From Chitinophagales bacterium (GTDB taxonomy: Bacteria > Bacteroidota > Bacteroidia > Chitinophagales > LD1), in assembly GCA_026129525.1 (NCBI GenBank), contig JAHCHW010000006.1, positions 64,705-128,704 of the forward strand: a stretch of DNA of 64,000 nt, given 5' to 3'. The first letter of the stretch is position 1. Each line of letters opens with the position of its first letter. The notes under the pieces are model-generated. The model saw nothing but the letters and a program-made list of their open reading frames with translations, searched no databases and was not told the origin of the DNA. Below are positions 40,998-50,882 of this stretch, one piece after another. The translations under genes were made by a program, and so were the position numbers.

Positions 40998-43286
40998 CTA
41001 CATCCCCCCGCTCAGAATTTTCAGTTTGGCGAATTTGAGCATGATTTTTTTGATGCCGTAGCCGTTAAAGTGAATAGCGGCAATTTTGTTGGCGCCCACT
41101 CCTTCAATAGAAACCACTTTTCCTTCTCCGAATTTTTCGTGCATTACTTCCATGCCTGCCTGTAAGCCGCTGGCATCGTCCGCCACAAATGGTTCGCCCG
41201 AAGCAGAAGGGGACGATGGCGCAGCAGGCGCTTTAGTAAGCGGGGCGCGGCTCAAACCGCTGAGCAAGGTGTTGGTGCGCTCGTGAATTTTTGCCCGTTT
41301 CATTTCGCCATGGTGTGTAATAACGTTTTCAGGAATTTCTTGTAAAAAACGGCTGGGGTCGCAGTAGTTGAGTTGCCCAAACTTATAGCGGGTATTGGCA
41401 TAGGTAAGGAACAATCTTTTTTCGGCACGGGTAATGGCTACATAAAACAGTCTGCGTTCTTCCTCTAAATCTTCCATGCTGTAAAGCGACTGCTGCCCGG
41501 GGAAGAGGTTTTCTTCCATACCCACTACATACACCACCGGAAATTCCAGTCCTTTAGCGGCATGAACCGTCATCAGTTTTACGGTGTCCTGATTGGCGGT
41601 ATCTTTTTCATCGCCCGTAAGCAGGGTAACAGTTTGCAAAAAAGTACCGAGCGATTTGTCGTTGTTGAGCACTTCGCCCTCTTCGGTTATATCGGGCTGC
41701 TGCACTTCATCGTCTTCAACAAACTCTTTAATGGAGTTGAGCAACTCCTGGACATTTTCAAAACGGCTTACGCCTTCCACCGTTTTATCGTTGTAGAGTT
41801 CGGAAATCAATTTGGTGGTTTTGCCGATGTGCGATGCCAAATCGTAGGCATTCATTTTTAGCGATTGCGCAGCAAAACTTTTTATCATGAGCACAAATTC
41901 TTCGATGGCATTTTTGGTGCGGGTGGGCACATCGAAGTAGTGAATCTCTTCGAGCACATCCCATATTCGTTTGTTTTCGTTGGTGGCGGTAATAATTATT
42001 TTATCTAAGGTGCTTTGCCCAATGCCGCGTGCCGGATAGTTGATAATGCGCTTGAGGGCTTCCTCGTCATAAAAGTTGACGGTGAGTTTCAGATACGCCA
42101 GCAAATCTTTTATCTCCTTGCGTTGGTAAAAACTCATTCCTCCGTAAATTTTGTAAGGAATGTTGTGCCTGCGGAGCGCCTCTTCAAAGGCACGGCTTTG
42201 TGCATTGGTGCGGTACAAAATGGCAAAACCGCTGTTGCGGAAATGTTCACGCATTTTGAGTTCGGTAATAGAGTCAGCCACCCAGCGCCCTTCTTCGTTA
42301 TCGCTTGGCGTGCGTACAATTTTTATCAACTCGCCTTTGCCGTTCTCTGTCCATATTTCTTTTTTGAGTTGATTTTTATTTCGGTGAATGAGTTCGTTGG
42401 CGGCTTTTACAATGTTTTGGGTAGAGCGGTAGTTCTGCTCCAGTTTGTAAACTTTCAGGTCGGGAAAATCTTTTTCGAAGTTCAGAATATTATCAATGGT
42501 AGCTCCGCGAAAGGCGTAAATACTTTGGGCATCATCGCCCACTACGGTAATGTTCTGAAACACATCGGCAATCTTTTTTACGATGGCGTATTGCAGGTAG
42601 TTAGTGTCCTGAAACTCGTCAATAAGCACATACTTAAACTTGTGCTGATACTTGTAGAGCACTTCGGGAAATTTTTCGAGAATGAGATGCGTGTTCAGCA
42701 GCAAATCATCGAAATCCATGGCTCCGCTTTTAAAGCAGCGCTCGCAGTAAATTTTGTAGAGGTTAGCGGTAGCGGGTCTTCGCTGGTTGCGGTCTTCGGT
42801 TATCAGTTCTGAATCTTCGGCATATTGCTGGGGAGTAATAAGTGCATTTTTTACTGCCGAAATACGCCATTGTATTTGGTTGGGTTTGTAAATTTTATCG
42901 TCTAACCCTTGCTCTTTAATAATGGTTTTAATAAGCGAGCGCGAATCGTCCGTATCATAAATAGTAAAGTTGGAAGGGTAGCCTATTTTTTGCGCTTCTA
43001 CCCGCAGTATGCGCGCAAACACCGAGTGGAAAGTGCCCATGTACAAATTGCGCGCATTGGTGCCGGCAATTTTTTCGATACGCTCGCGCATGGCTTCCGA
43101 TGCTTTGTTGGTAAACGTAAGCGCCAAAATGCTAAAGGGGTCGGCTCCCTGATTAAGCAGGTGAGCAATGCGGTAAGTTAGCACTCGGGTTTTGCCCGAG
43201 CCGGGTCCTGCTACTATCATAGTAGGTCCATCGGTGTTTACCACCGCTTCGCGCTGGGCGTTGTTCAATTCTTCCAAATACGACAT
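40998..43286 (-). CDS. ATP-dependent DNA helicase, UvrD/PcrA/Rep family
   Basis: Walker A AGPGSGKT. Helicase motifs LIDEFQDTN, VGDDAQSIYAFRGA, TVHAAKGLEFPVV and YVAITRA. Confidence 0.95.
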   Translation of the reverse strand: MSYLEELNNAQREAVVNTDGPTMIVAGPGSGKTRVLTYRIAHLLNQGADPFSILALTFTNKASEAMRERIEKIAGTNARNLYMGTFHSVFARILRVEAQKIGYPSNFTIYDTDDSRSLIKTIIKEQGLDDKIYKPNQIQWRISAVKNALITPQQYAEDSELITEDRNQRRPATANLYKIYCERCFKSGAMDFDDLLLNTHLILEKFPEVLYKYQHKFKYVLIDEFQDTNYLQYAIVKKIADVFQNITVVGDDAQSIYAFRGATIDNILNFEKDFPDLKVYKLEQNYRSTQNIVKAANELIHRNKNQLKKEIWTENGKGELIKIVRTPSDNEEGRWVADSITELKMREHFRNSGFAILYRTNAQSRAFEEALRRHNIPYKIYGGMSFYQRKEIKDLLAYLKLTVNFYDEEALKRIINYPARGIGQSTLDKIIITATNENKRIWDVLEEIHYFDVPTRTKNAIEEFVLMIKSFAAQSLKMNAYDLASHIGKTTKLISELYNDKTVEGVSRFENVQELLNSIKEFVEDDEVQQPDITEEGEVLNNDKSLGTFLQTVTLLTGDEKDTANQDTVKLMTVHAAKGLEFPVVYVVGMEENLFPGQQSLYSMEDLEEERRLFYVAITRAEKRLFLTYANTRYKFGQLNYCDPSRFLQEIPENVITHHGEMKRAKIHERTNTLLSGLSRAPLTKAPAAPSSPSASGEPFVADDASGLQAGMEVMHEKFGEGKVVSIEGVGANKIAAIHFNGYGIKKIMLKFAKLKILSGGM

Positions 43287-43402
43287 GTGGCGAAAATAGG
43301 AGGATGCGAAGGAAGCGCGGAAAGATTTTTGAACAACTGCGTGTAAAATTTTTGATGCTGCCGGCTCAATCGTTTAACAACAGGAATTGATACATTCATT
43401 GC

Positions 43403-44056
43403 ATGAAGTTGAAAGACTCGCTGCGCGACCCTTCGTTTTGGACATTACTTGCCATAAACTTAGCGCTGGTAGCTTACTACATTTATTATCAAACCGGGTT
43501 CAGAACTTTGGTTTGGATTTACTGGTTCCAAAGCGGCATTATAGGTTTTTTCAATTTCCTGAACCTGCTTACTATTCGGAACATAAAACCGGGATCGTTC
43601 ACTGTTAACGATAAACCCGTAACCAAAGACAGTCAGGCAAGATGGCTTGCGCTGTTCTTCGCTTTCCACTACGGCATTTTCCATTTTGTGTATATCATTT
43701 TCTTGTACGGTATTACCGATTCGAAAGAGCCTTTCGACTTTGGCTTGTTCAAAATTTCGGTAGGTGCTTTTTTCTTAGACCAGTTGTGGGGTTTTATACG
43801 CGCCAAACAATGGGAGAAAACAAATCAAACCAATCCGGGCACTTTGTTTTTTTTGCCCTATTTGCGTATTGTGCCCATGCACCTTACCATTTTGTTGCCG
43901 GGTTTTTTGAAAGCATTCTCGCACCTTACTGTATTTCTTGTATTGAAAACGTTGGCTGATACGATAACATATTTGATTACGGAATGGCTTTACGGTAAAC
44001 CCGACCAGCCGGACGACCCGAATGTTTTGAGGAGTATAAGAAACGGACAACGATAA
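43403..44056 (+). CDS. hypothetical polytopic membrane protein
   Basis: 217 aa with about 6 hydrophobic segments. No catalytic motif recognised. Confidence 0.6.
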   Translation: MKLKDSLRDPSFWTLLAINLALVAYYIYYQTGFRTLVWIYWFQSGIIGFFNFLNLLTIRNIKPGSFTVNDKPVTKDSQARWLALFFAFHYGIFHFVYIIFLYGITDSKEPFDFGLFKISVGAFFLDQLWGFIRAKQWEKTNQTNPGTLFFLPYLRIVPMHLTILLPGFLKAFSHLTVFLVLKTLADTITYLITEWLYGKPDQPDDPNVLRSIRNGQR

Positions 44057-44114
44057 CCGTAAAGAAGTAAGCGGTAAGGTTGTGAGGAAGCAAAAAGGGA
44101 ATGGGCAATGCGAA

Positions 44115-44441
44115 CTACTTCAGCTTTTCGTTTTCGGCATGGCGCTCTTTATCGCGCTCGGTTTTTTTGTGCAGGTTTTTGTTGAAAGCCTCGGTTAAAT
44201 CAACCCCGGTTTGGTTGGCAAGGCAAAGCAGCACCCAAAGCACATCGGCCATTTCATCCGCCAAATCAACTTGTTTATCGCTTTCTTTAAATGATTGCTC
44301 TCCGTATTTGCGGCTTATAATTCGGGCAACTTCGCCCACTTCTTCGGTAAGTATTGCCATGTTGGTTAATTCGCTAAAGTATTTTACTCCGGTGGTTTTA
44401 ATCCATTGGTCAACGGTTTGCTGGGCTTGTTGTATGGTCAT
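44115..44441 (-). CDS. MazG-like nucleotide pyrophosphohydrolase (YpjD-type)
   Basis: EEVGEVARII...LADEMADVLWVLLCLAN (EExxE...D MazG motif), 108 aa. Confidence 0.8.
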   Translation of the reverse strand: MTIQQAQQTVDQWIKTTGVKYFSELTNMAILTEEVGEVARIISRKYGEQSFKESDKQVDLADEMADVLWVLLCLANQTGVDLTEAFNKNLHKKTERDKERHAENEKLK

Positions 44442-44542
44442 ATCTTAGAGTTGTAAGGTTAAAACGCTAATAGTTTAAAGTAGGCAGTAAGCAGCGGCAG
44501 TAGGCGAAAAAGTAATAAGTTGCATTGGACAAAGTTAAACAC

Positions 44543-45163
44543 TCAGGGTTGTTTGTGTTTTTCCATTTCTAAAGCAATGCGTTCGGCATCGTAGGCTTTC
44601 AGTTTTTTCAACTGCTCTATTACGCTTGCATAACTTTCCGCATCGCGGTTTTGCGAAAGTTTGAACGATGCATCTATTCTTTCTACCGCAATTTCGAAAC
44701 CCACTACTCCGCGCAGGTCCATTTCGAGTGTTTTTGGAGGAATTTCTTCATACGCCTGCGGGTGTTTTGCATGAGCGCTTTCGTAACGCAGCATCAGGTT
44801 TTTAAGCATGGCTTCGAGGGCTTCGCCTTCAACCAACTTTACCTTGCCGTATAAGTGCGCTGCCATGTAGTTCCATGTAGGCACATTGCGGTGGTTGTAC
44901 CATGAGGGCGATACGTAGGTGTGCGGTCCCATAAATACGGCTAAGACTTCCGGCTGCGATTCGAAATTTTTCCACTGCGGGTTTGCCTTTGCCATGTGCC
45001 CGTGCAAAAACCAATTACCGTTGCGTATTTCCAATTCGAGCGGAATATGTGTTGCCCACGGCAGAGTATCTTTTATTGAAATCAAAGTGGCAAACGAAAA
45101 CTCGCGAACGAGTTGTTCGATAGCCTGTTTATCTTCTTGTTTAAAATGCGGTGGAATGTACAT
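44543..45163 (-). CDS. paiB: FMN-binding negative transcriptional regulator PaiB family
   Basis: MYIPPHFKQED start (ATG at 45163), GHMAKANPQW and VPTWNY motifs. The longer track ORF adds 41 non-homologous residues. Confidence 0.8.
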   Translation of the reverse strand: MYIPPHFKQEDKQAIEQLVREFSFATLISIKDTLPWATHIPLELEIRNGNWFLHGHMAKANPQWKNFESQPEVLAVFMGPHTYVSPSWYNHRNVPTWNYMAAHLYGKVKLVEGEALEAMLKNLMLRYESAHAKHPQAYEEIPPKTLEMDLRGVVGFEIAVERIDASFKLSQNRDAESYASVIEQLKKLKAYDAERIALEMEKHKQP

Positions 45164-45251
45164 GGTTGAGGTTGCGAAACAAGGAAAATTTTGCGCATGG
45201 GGCATATTGTGCCTATTTGTGCTGTTGCCTCTTATTTTTGGACGGAAGCTT

Positions 45252-45986
45252 ATGTCGGCAGAAACGCTTAAAAACATACAGACCATTGAAGAAACATTCC
45301 GCGAAGTGCAGGAGTTGTTTCTTCATTTTACCGATACCGATGCGCTTGTTCAGAAGTTGAATGCTTATTCTGCCGAATTTCGTTCGGTGGCTTTTGAGGC
45401 TGCTTCTATGTGTATTGCGCTGGAAGATTTAAAAAATGGAACAGCATTGCCGAACTGGAAGATTTTTTTGCGAGAGTTTGCCACCAATTATGCTACACAG
45501 TTTCATATAGGTTTAGGGTGGGCGTTGGCACAGCAACAGCTATTGCCCGTTTCTTTTTTAAAAGAATTGGAAACCGAGAACGGTAATCGCGTTTTAGACG
45601 GATACGGCTACTACGAAGGCATGTTCCGCAGGCGGAAAAGTGTTTTGCAGCAAGTTTATCCCGACTGGTGCAATGAGCACACCATTGCGTACTACGACCG
45701 AGGACTGGGGCGAAGTATTTGGTATGTTTCAAGGGCAGAAATTCAAACAACTTCAAACACCATTCAAAATTTTCCGGAAAGCCGGCAGACTGCTTTGTGG
45801 CGGGGAATTGGCATTGCGGTTACGTATGCCGGGGGGAGTACGGAAAGTGAACTTTGCGAATTGAGACAATTAGCCGGAATATATGCCGGTGAACTGTTAA
45901 AAGGAGCTGAACTTGCCATTAACAGCCGTAAAGAAGCCGATTGTATGACCGAAAGTGCTCAATTGGCGCTGAAAGTGTGGGAATAA
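45252..45986 (+). CDS. DUF1702-like protein
   Basis: Start moved to the ATG at 45252 (MSAETLK). The blocks FRSVAFEAASMCIALEDL, HIGLGWALAQ, DGYGYYEGMF, GLGRSIWYV and WRGIGIAVTYAGG resemble DUF1702. This assignment is from memory of the family pattern. Confidence 0.55.
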   Translation: MSAETLKNIQTIEETFREVQELFLHFTDTDALVQKLNAYSAEFRSVAFEAASMCIALEDLKNGTALPNWKIFLREFATNYATQFHIGLGWALAQQQLLPVSFLKELETENGNRVLDGYGYYEGMFRRRKSVLQQVYPDWCNEHTIAYYDRGLGRSIWYVSRAEIQTTSNTIQNFPESRQTALWRGIGIAVTYAGGSTESELCELRQLAGIYAGELLKGAELAINSRKEADCMTESAQLALKVWE

Positions 45987-46261
45987 CCTAACAGGTATCT
46001 GAAATTTTTTTGAAAAAAAACCGCTTTACCCCTTGCGCCCGTTTGGGTGGGGCATTATATTAATTGTAACAAAGCACTAAAAACCTGAAAGATGAGCAAC
46101 CAAGCGACAAACACCCCAACAGGCTCGAACGACACACAGAACTGTACAAGTGTTTGCCCGGTGCAGCGGCATAGTATGCCGAAACACAGAATGGCTGTTC
46201 AGCACAACACACACTAACAAGGGTTTTTATCCGGACACAAGGATTGGAACCAACGAAGAGA

Positions 46262-46304
46262 AACTCCAACTGCGGCTCACAGCCCGGTTGGAGTTTTGGT
46301 TTTT
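46262..46304 (+). terminator. strong intrinsic terminator (also usable in reverse for the M50 gene)
   Basis: AACTCCAAC (46262-46270) pairs with GTTGGAGTT (46287-46295), with an inner GGCT/AGCC stem. It is followed on the plus strand by TTTTGGTTTTT and on the minus strand only by TTTCTCTTC. Confidence 0.8.
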
Positions 46305-46311
46305 ACACGCG

Positions 46312-47394
46312 TTACGAAAGTTTGCCGCGTGCTGTGTTTATCATTATCAACTCGGTTACGTTTTCCAAATCAATAACGCCTGCCAGCCTTGCTCCTTCGC
46401 GTACTAATATTAACGGAGTGCGGCTTTTCTGAAATTCGGTAAACACATCGTTTACCGGTACATCAATATCCATTACTATTAGCTGTGTATCGGCAATGCT
46501 TTCTACTGCGGCAGTTTCGCCAACGGATGTAATGCCTTTAATAATTTGGTCGCGCCCAATTACTCCGTAAGGTTGGTTGTTATGGGTTACCAAAAAATTT
46601 TTGGCTTCGCCATTCAGCAGCAACTTAACTGCCTCGGCAATGGGAGCGCTTTTTTCAATAGTCTGATAGTTTTTCATTAAAGCATCGCGCAGCGTAAAGC
46701 CCGAAATAGTGGATTGGGCTTTTACCATTTCGGCTTCGGTGTGGGCGCCCAGTATAATAAACAAGCCGATGAAAATGAGAAACGGATTGATATAGAAACC
46801 GGTGATGATAAAGCCTACCGCCAAAATTTTTCCGATAGTGGCGGCTGCCTGCGTAGCCTTTACGCGGTGCATACGCAGCGAGAGCAAGGCGCGCAACACT
46901 CTGCCCCCATCCATAGGAAAAGCCGGAATTAAATTGAACAGCGCCAGCCATATATTGATAATGCCAAGCATGGGCAGAAAATTACTGCCGTCTATTACAA
47001 AGGCTTCGGCAGTTTCTTTTTGTAAAAAATCGGCACTTAAAATAAAAGGCGACAGTAACAGCATGATGACCACGTTTACTGCCGGTCCGGCTAAAGCCAC
47101 CCACAGTTCCTGAATGGGTTTTTCGGGCATTTTTTCGAGACTTGCCACACCGCCAATGGGGTATAGGGTAATGTCTTTGGTTTGAATACCATACCTGCGG
47201 GCGGTAAGCGCATGCCCAAACTCGTGCAGGGTAACGCAAACAAACAAACTGAGTATAAACGCTACCGACCAACCTATGTGCACGGCATCTAAACCTTCGC
47301 TAAGGTTGCGGTAAACAATCCAGATAATGAGCAGAGCGAAGGTCCAGTGAATATCCACCCGTATTCCAAAAATTTTCCCGAACGATAAACGCAT
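46312..47394 (-). CDS. M50 site-2 protease family metalloprotease with a CBS pair
   Basis: HEFGHALTARRYG (HExxH), NLIPAFPMDGGRVL, and C-terminal CBS-like repeats. Confidence 0.85.
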   Translation of the reverse strand: MRLSFGKIFGIRVDIHWTFALLIIWIVYRNLSEGLDAVHIGWSVAFILSLFVCVTLHEFGHALTARRYGIQTKDITLYPIGGVASLEKMPEKPIQELWVALAGPAVNVVIMLLLSPFILSADFLQKETAEAFVIDGSNFLPMLGIINIWLALFNLIPAFPMDGGRVLRALLSLRMHRVKATQAAATIGKILAVGFIITGFYINPFLIFIGLFIILGAHTEAEMVKAQSTISGFTLRDALMKNYQTIEKSAPIAEAVKLLLNGEAKNFLVTHNNQPYGVIGRDQIIKGITSVGETAAVESIADTQLIVMDIDVPVNDVFTEFQKSRTPLILVREGARLAGVIDLENVTELIMINTARGKLS

Positions 47395-47494
47395 AGCTTC
47401 TGTTTTTGAACTTGTGTGCTAAAATAGTTTATAGCTGGAGAGAGGGTGTAAACTGCTTAACAAACTTTGGTAGGGCGCAGCATGCGAAGGTGCC

Positions 47495-47537
47495 GTCCAA
47501 ATATCTGTGTTTTTTAGACTTACACAGATATTTGGAC
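47495..47537. repeat. perfect 16-bp inverted repeat with an 11-nt loop
   Basis: GTCCAAATATCTGTGT (47495-47510) and ACACAGATATTTGGAC (47522-47537). No flanking T run on either strand. Confidence 0.85.
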
Positions 47538-47592
47538 AGTACCATTGCTTACCGCATTTTGCATAGCGCTTTCTGTATAACACACCTAAACC

Positions 47593-48486
47593 TTAGTGCA
47601 GTATAACTTTTCGGCTATGTACTCCTGTCGCTGAATGAACTCTTACGATGTAAATGCCTTTGTAAGCATCTGTTACATCCATTGTTATTTTTCCTTCAGC
47701 ACTTGTTGCACGTTGTAATACGCGCCCGCTCATATCTAACAATTCAGCCATCGCGTTAGGGTGTTGTGCAGTCAGCTGAATAATTAACTGATTGGACTCT
47801 GTATTAGAACGCAGTGTAAAGAAAGATGGTTGTTTCTCAGGGATACCGCTAGGTGCAACAGCCGAAAAATGCACGGTATCGCAAGAGATACACATAAACG
47901 AAACGTTTTGGAAAAAAGTTTGAACGCAAACAGGCACATCGTACCCGCTCGAATCGTACACTGTAGCGGTGTAAGTAAAGCTGCTTGTTCCGCCAATTAC
48001 CGGAGCAGATTGGTTATTACCATTCTCCGTCCAGGTTACTACGGTTAACCCCATAAAATCGGGAACAGGATTAGTAAGCACAATTATCATTTGCCCGGGT
48101 TGAGTTTCCTGCCAGTTAAAGCCCGAATAGCACGTTATAGCATTTGTGTAAGCGGTATCGCTTATGCAATTGCTGCAACCGGTAGAGTCCTGAATACATA
48201 ATGTAATAAAGATGCAACCGTAGTTAGCAAACAAATCGTTAGAGGCAATAAGCACCGTATCGCCACCGGCATTTACATGTATGGGCGTAATTGGTCCGGA
48301 TAATGTTCCGGTTATGGTCCAGTTAAACGTAAAGGGTGGAACCCCGGAAACAGGTGTGCCTATTAACTGCAAGTTAAAACCCGGCAACAGCGAATCAGAC
48401 ACAAGCACGCTGCATTGCGATTTTGCTGTGCAACTGAATGATAACAAATAAATGGTAATAAGAAGCGTGTAAAACCTGTAAATCAT
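47593..48486 (-). CDS. T9SS (type-A tail) secreted protein
   Basis: Signal peptide ending AKSQCS. C-terminal tail LIIQLTAQHPNAMAELLDMSGRVL...GIYIVRVHSATGVHSRKVILH. Confidence 0.75.
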   Translation of the reverse strand: MIYRFYTLLITIYLLSFSCTAKSQCSVLVSDSLLPGFNLQLIGTPVSGVPPFTFNWTITGTLSGPITPIHVNAGGDTVLIASNDLFANYGCIFITLCIQDSTGCSNCISDTAYTNAITCYSGFNWQETQPGQMIIVLTNPVPDFMGLTVVTWTENGNNQSAPVIGGTSSFTYTATVYDSSGYDVPVCVQTFFQNVSFMCISCDTVHFSAVAPSGIPEKQPSFFTLRSNTESNQLIIQLTAQHPNAMAELLDMSGRVLQRATSAEGKITMDVTDAYKGIYIVRVHSATGVHSRKVILH

Positions 48487-48542
48487 ACAAAAATTTTGAG
48501 TTAGACAAGAAATGCAGGATGGACGTTGCTTACAGAGATATA

Positions 48543-49637
48543 TCAGGGAATATCCATTATGCTGCTTTGATGCCTTATGCTTTCGTTATGAATTTGCTGG
48601 AATAGCTTCAGGATAAATTCTTCGGTAAGTCCACCTGTTTTTCCTTTCTCCAAAGCGCGCTTTACAATTTGCGCCCAGCGTTCGCTTTGGTGTATGGCTA
48701 ATTGATTTTCCTTTTTTACCTCTCCAATTTTTTCGGAAATGCCCATGCGTTCGCCCAGCAATTCCAAAATATAATCATCAATGCGGTCAATGCGGGCACG
48801 CAAATCATCTAAGGGTTGCAATCCATTTTGTGTAACGGTAGGATGGCGCACAATAAGCGAAGAAAGAATTTCGCCCAAGCGTTCGGGTGTTACTTGTTGC
48901 TTCGCATCGCTCCAGGCTTTATCGGGGTTAATGTGGCTTTCAATCATTAGCCCGTCAAAGCCCATATCCATGGCTTGTTGCGATAGCGTGTAAATCAAAT
49001 CGCGGGTGCCGCCCATGTGGCTGGGGTCAACAATAATGGGTATTTCCGGAAACCTTCTTCGCAACTCAATGGGAATTTCCCACATAGGCGGGTTGCGGTA
49101 AATAGTTTTTTCGTACGAAGAAAAACCGCGGTGAATAACTGCCAGCTTTTTAATTCCGCTTTGGTAAAAGCGTTCCACTGCGCCAATCCAAAGTTCCAAG
49201 TCGGGGTTAATCGGGTTTTTTATCAGCACGGGTACATCTACTCCTTTCAACGAGTCGGCAATTTCTTGTACCGCAAAAGGCGAAACGGTGGTGCGTGCGC
49301 CAATCCACAGTACATCAATTTTATTTTTCAGTGCGGCTTCTACATGTTCGGGGTTAGCCACTTCTACCGTTACCGGCAGCCCTGCTTCGTTGCCTGCGGC
49401 TTTAATCCATGGCAAACCTATTTCGCCCACGCCTTCAAAACTGTTGGGGCGGGTGCGCGGTTTCCAAATACCTGCCCGCAATAAGTGAACTTTTCCGCCC
49501 GCATGTTTTACAATTTCCCGAACCGTGTTAAATACCTGTTCCTCGCCTTCGGCACTGCAAGGTCCGCTGATAACAAAAGGCGAAACCTGCACCTTGCTCC
49601 ACTCGCCCAAAGGAATAATTCCGAATTTATTTGCCAC
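48543..49637 (-). CDS. bifunctional 3-deoxy-7-phosphoheptulonate synthase (type I-beta) / chorismate mutase
   Basis: The N-terminal KDO8P/DAHPS-like barrel (ISGPCSAEGEEQV, LRAGIWKPRTRP, VDPSH) is fused to a C-terminal CM_2 segment (LDDLRARIDRIDDYILELLGERMGISEKIGEVK). Confidence 0.85.
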   Translation of the reverse strand: MANKFGIIPLGEWSKVQVSPFVISGPCSAEGEEQVFNTVREIVKHAGGKVHLLRAGIWKPRTRPNSFEGVGEIGLPWIKAAGNEAGLPVTVEVANPEHVEAALKNKIDVLWIGARTTVSPFAVQEIADSLKGVDVPVLIKNPINPDLELWIGAVERFYQSGIKKLAVIHRGFSSYEKTIYRNPPMWEIPIELRRRFPEIPIIVDPSHMGGTRDLIYTLSQQAMDMGFDGLMIESHINPDKAWSDAKQQVTPERLGEILSSLIVRHPTVTQNGLQPLDDLRARIDRIDDYILELLGERMGISEKIGEVKKENQLAIHQSERWAQIVKRALEKGKTGGLTEEFILKLFQQIHNESIRHQSSIMDIP

Positions 49638-49658
49638 TCTTAACCGAATTAGTGATTA

Positions 49659-50882
49659 TTGAACAACATGAACAGAAAAACCATCCTGCTGCTTTTTACA
49701 ACAATATTACTGCAAACAAGTTTAGCCCAAACTACTTACCCGGTTTCATCGTTCGAAAAAACACCCGATGCGTTCCGTTATCTTCTACTACAGAACAACG
49801 AAATTTCGTTAAATGATTCCATCAACGAGTTAATTGTTGATTTGGCAGAGCCAATGTTGCTTGATTCGATGATTGAACGGAAAAAACAGCATCACAAATT
49901 GGGCCCGCTTGGTTGGTTTGCTCATGCTTTTGGCGGCTTCAACTGGCGGGCATTGAGTATGAAGAAGGAAAAGTTTGTAGGAACGCTGCTCCGGAATTCG
50001 AGAAGCGGCAGAGAAGAATACACTGAGTACGACATTAACTTCGACATCAACTTTAATCTGAAAAAATACCTGTGGCGGGTGTTTGATGCGTACGACCGTC
50101 AAAAACAAATTCACCGGCAGGATTTGCGAAGAAGCCACCGCAGAAACTACGACACCATTCCTTTTGTGCGTGACACATTCAACATTGACAAACGCAATTA
50201 TCGTTTGCACTGCGAATTGACTCCTCCGCGGGCATACCGTGCACCGCTTAATTATTCCTTTTTCCCTACACTGCCCCATGGTGGCGGGCTGAAAGAGCAT
50301 CCGAATTTTGAGAACGACAAACCTACCATGGGTTTTTACGGAACGTTTTGCTTAGACTGTAACCACAGTTGCCATCCGGAGCTACATCCGTACGAATGGG
50401 TATGGTGGCTAAAGAATAATGATACTGACCAAACAGACGATAAAGTATGGTACGTAGGTTTGTTTCACGAAAGCAGCAACCGCATGAAAAAGTGGAGCAT
50501 AAACCCCATGACGGGCACCATAGCTATTCCGTTTGCATTTACGGTGGACGAAGAAGACCCCATCTATCATGTAATTGAGGTTGAACATTTGGTGTTCAAT
50601 AATTTTTTAGAGGAAGAACTTAAAAAAGTGAACCTGCCCGCTGCACTTATTCAACCGAACGAAACGCATCAGGAGATTCCCATAATGGCAGGCGACTCGC
50701 TGCTTACCCGTATCGAACTCCGGTTTATGAGGAGTATCAGCACCCGTGGTTTGCAGTATTGGTTCAGTAAGTTGAACTTCGATGAGGAAAGCAAATTACT
50801 GACAGGTTATTTTAACATAGCGGTATCGGCAATGGATTTATACACCACAAAAATTAAATTCACCAAAGGGTATGACTACTAA
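49659..50882 (+). CDS. hypothetical secreted protein
   Basis: 407 aa with signal peptide MNNMNRKTILLLFTTILLQTSLAQ and a Cys/His cluster FCLDCNHSCHPELHPYEW. No domain recognised. Confidence 0.65.
   Translation: MNNMNRKTILLLFTTILLQTSLAQTTYPVSSFEKTPDAFRYLLLQNNEISLNDSINELIVDLAEPMLLDSMIERKKQHHKLGPLGWFAHAFGGFNWRALSMKKEKFVGTLLRNSRSGREEYTEYDINFDINFNLKKYLWRVFDAYDRQKQIHRQDLRRSHRRNYDTIPFVRDTFNIDKRNYRLHCELTPPRAYRAPLNYSFFPTLPHGGGLKEHPNFENDKPTMGFYGTFCLDCNHSCHPELHPYEWVWWLKNNDTDQTDDKVWYVGLFHESSNRMKKWSINPMTGTIAIPFAFTVDEEDPIYHVIEVEHLVFNNFLEEELKKVNLPAALIQPNETHQEIPIMAGDSLLTRIELRFMRSISTRGLQYWFSKLNFDEESKLLTGYFNIAVSAMDLYTTKIKFTKGYDY

Noticed and set aside
42015-42812. A 265-aa plus-strand ORF, plus other ORFs at 41562-41861 and 42909-43181.
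   Set aside because: It lies entirely antisense to the UvrD/PcrA helicase gene, whose motifs are unambiguous. Its composition is low-complexity and Phe/Val-rich, typical of shadow ORFs.
44919-45251. Long 5-prime extensions of track ORFs (44919 for the DUF1702-like gene, 45286 for paiB; also 5831, 9078, 11957, 13068, 27159, 36869 and 36903).
   Set aside because: The extensions overlap neighbouring genes or add residues unlike the family N-termini. Internal ATGs give canonical N-termini or signal peptides, so the shorter starts were used.
49017-50300. ORFs of 155 aa (plus strand, 49017-49484) and 156 aa (minus strand, 49830-50300).
   Set aside because: They are antisense to the DAHP synthase/chorismate mutase gene and to the 407-aa secreted protein gene respectively. 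Neither has a recognisable motif.
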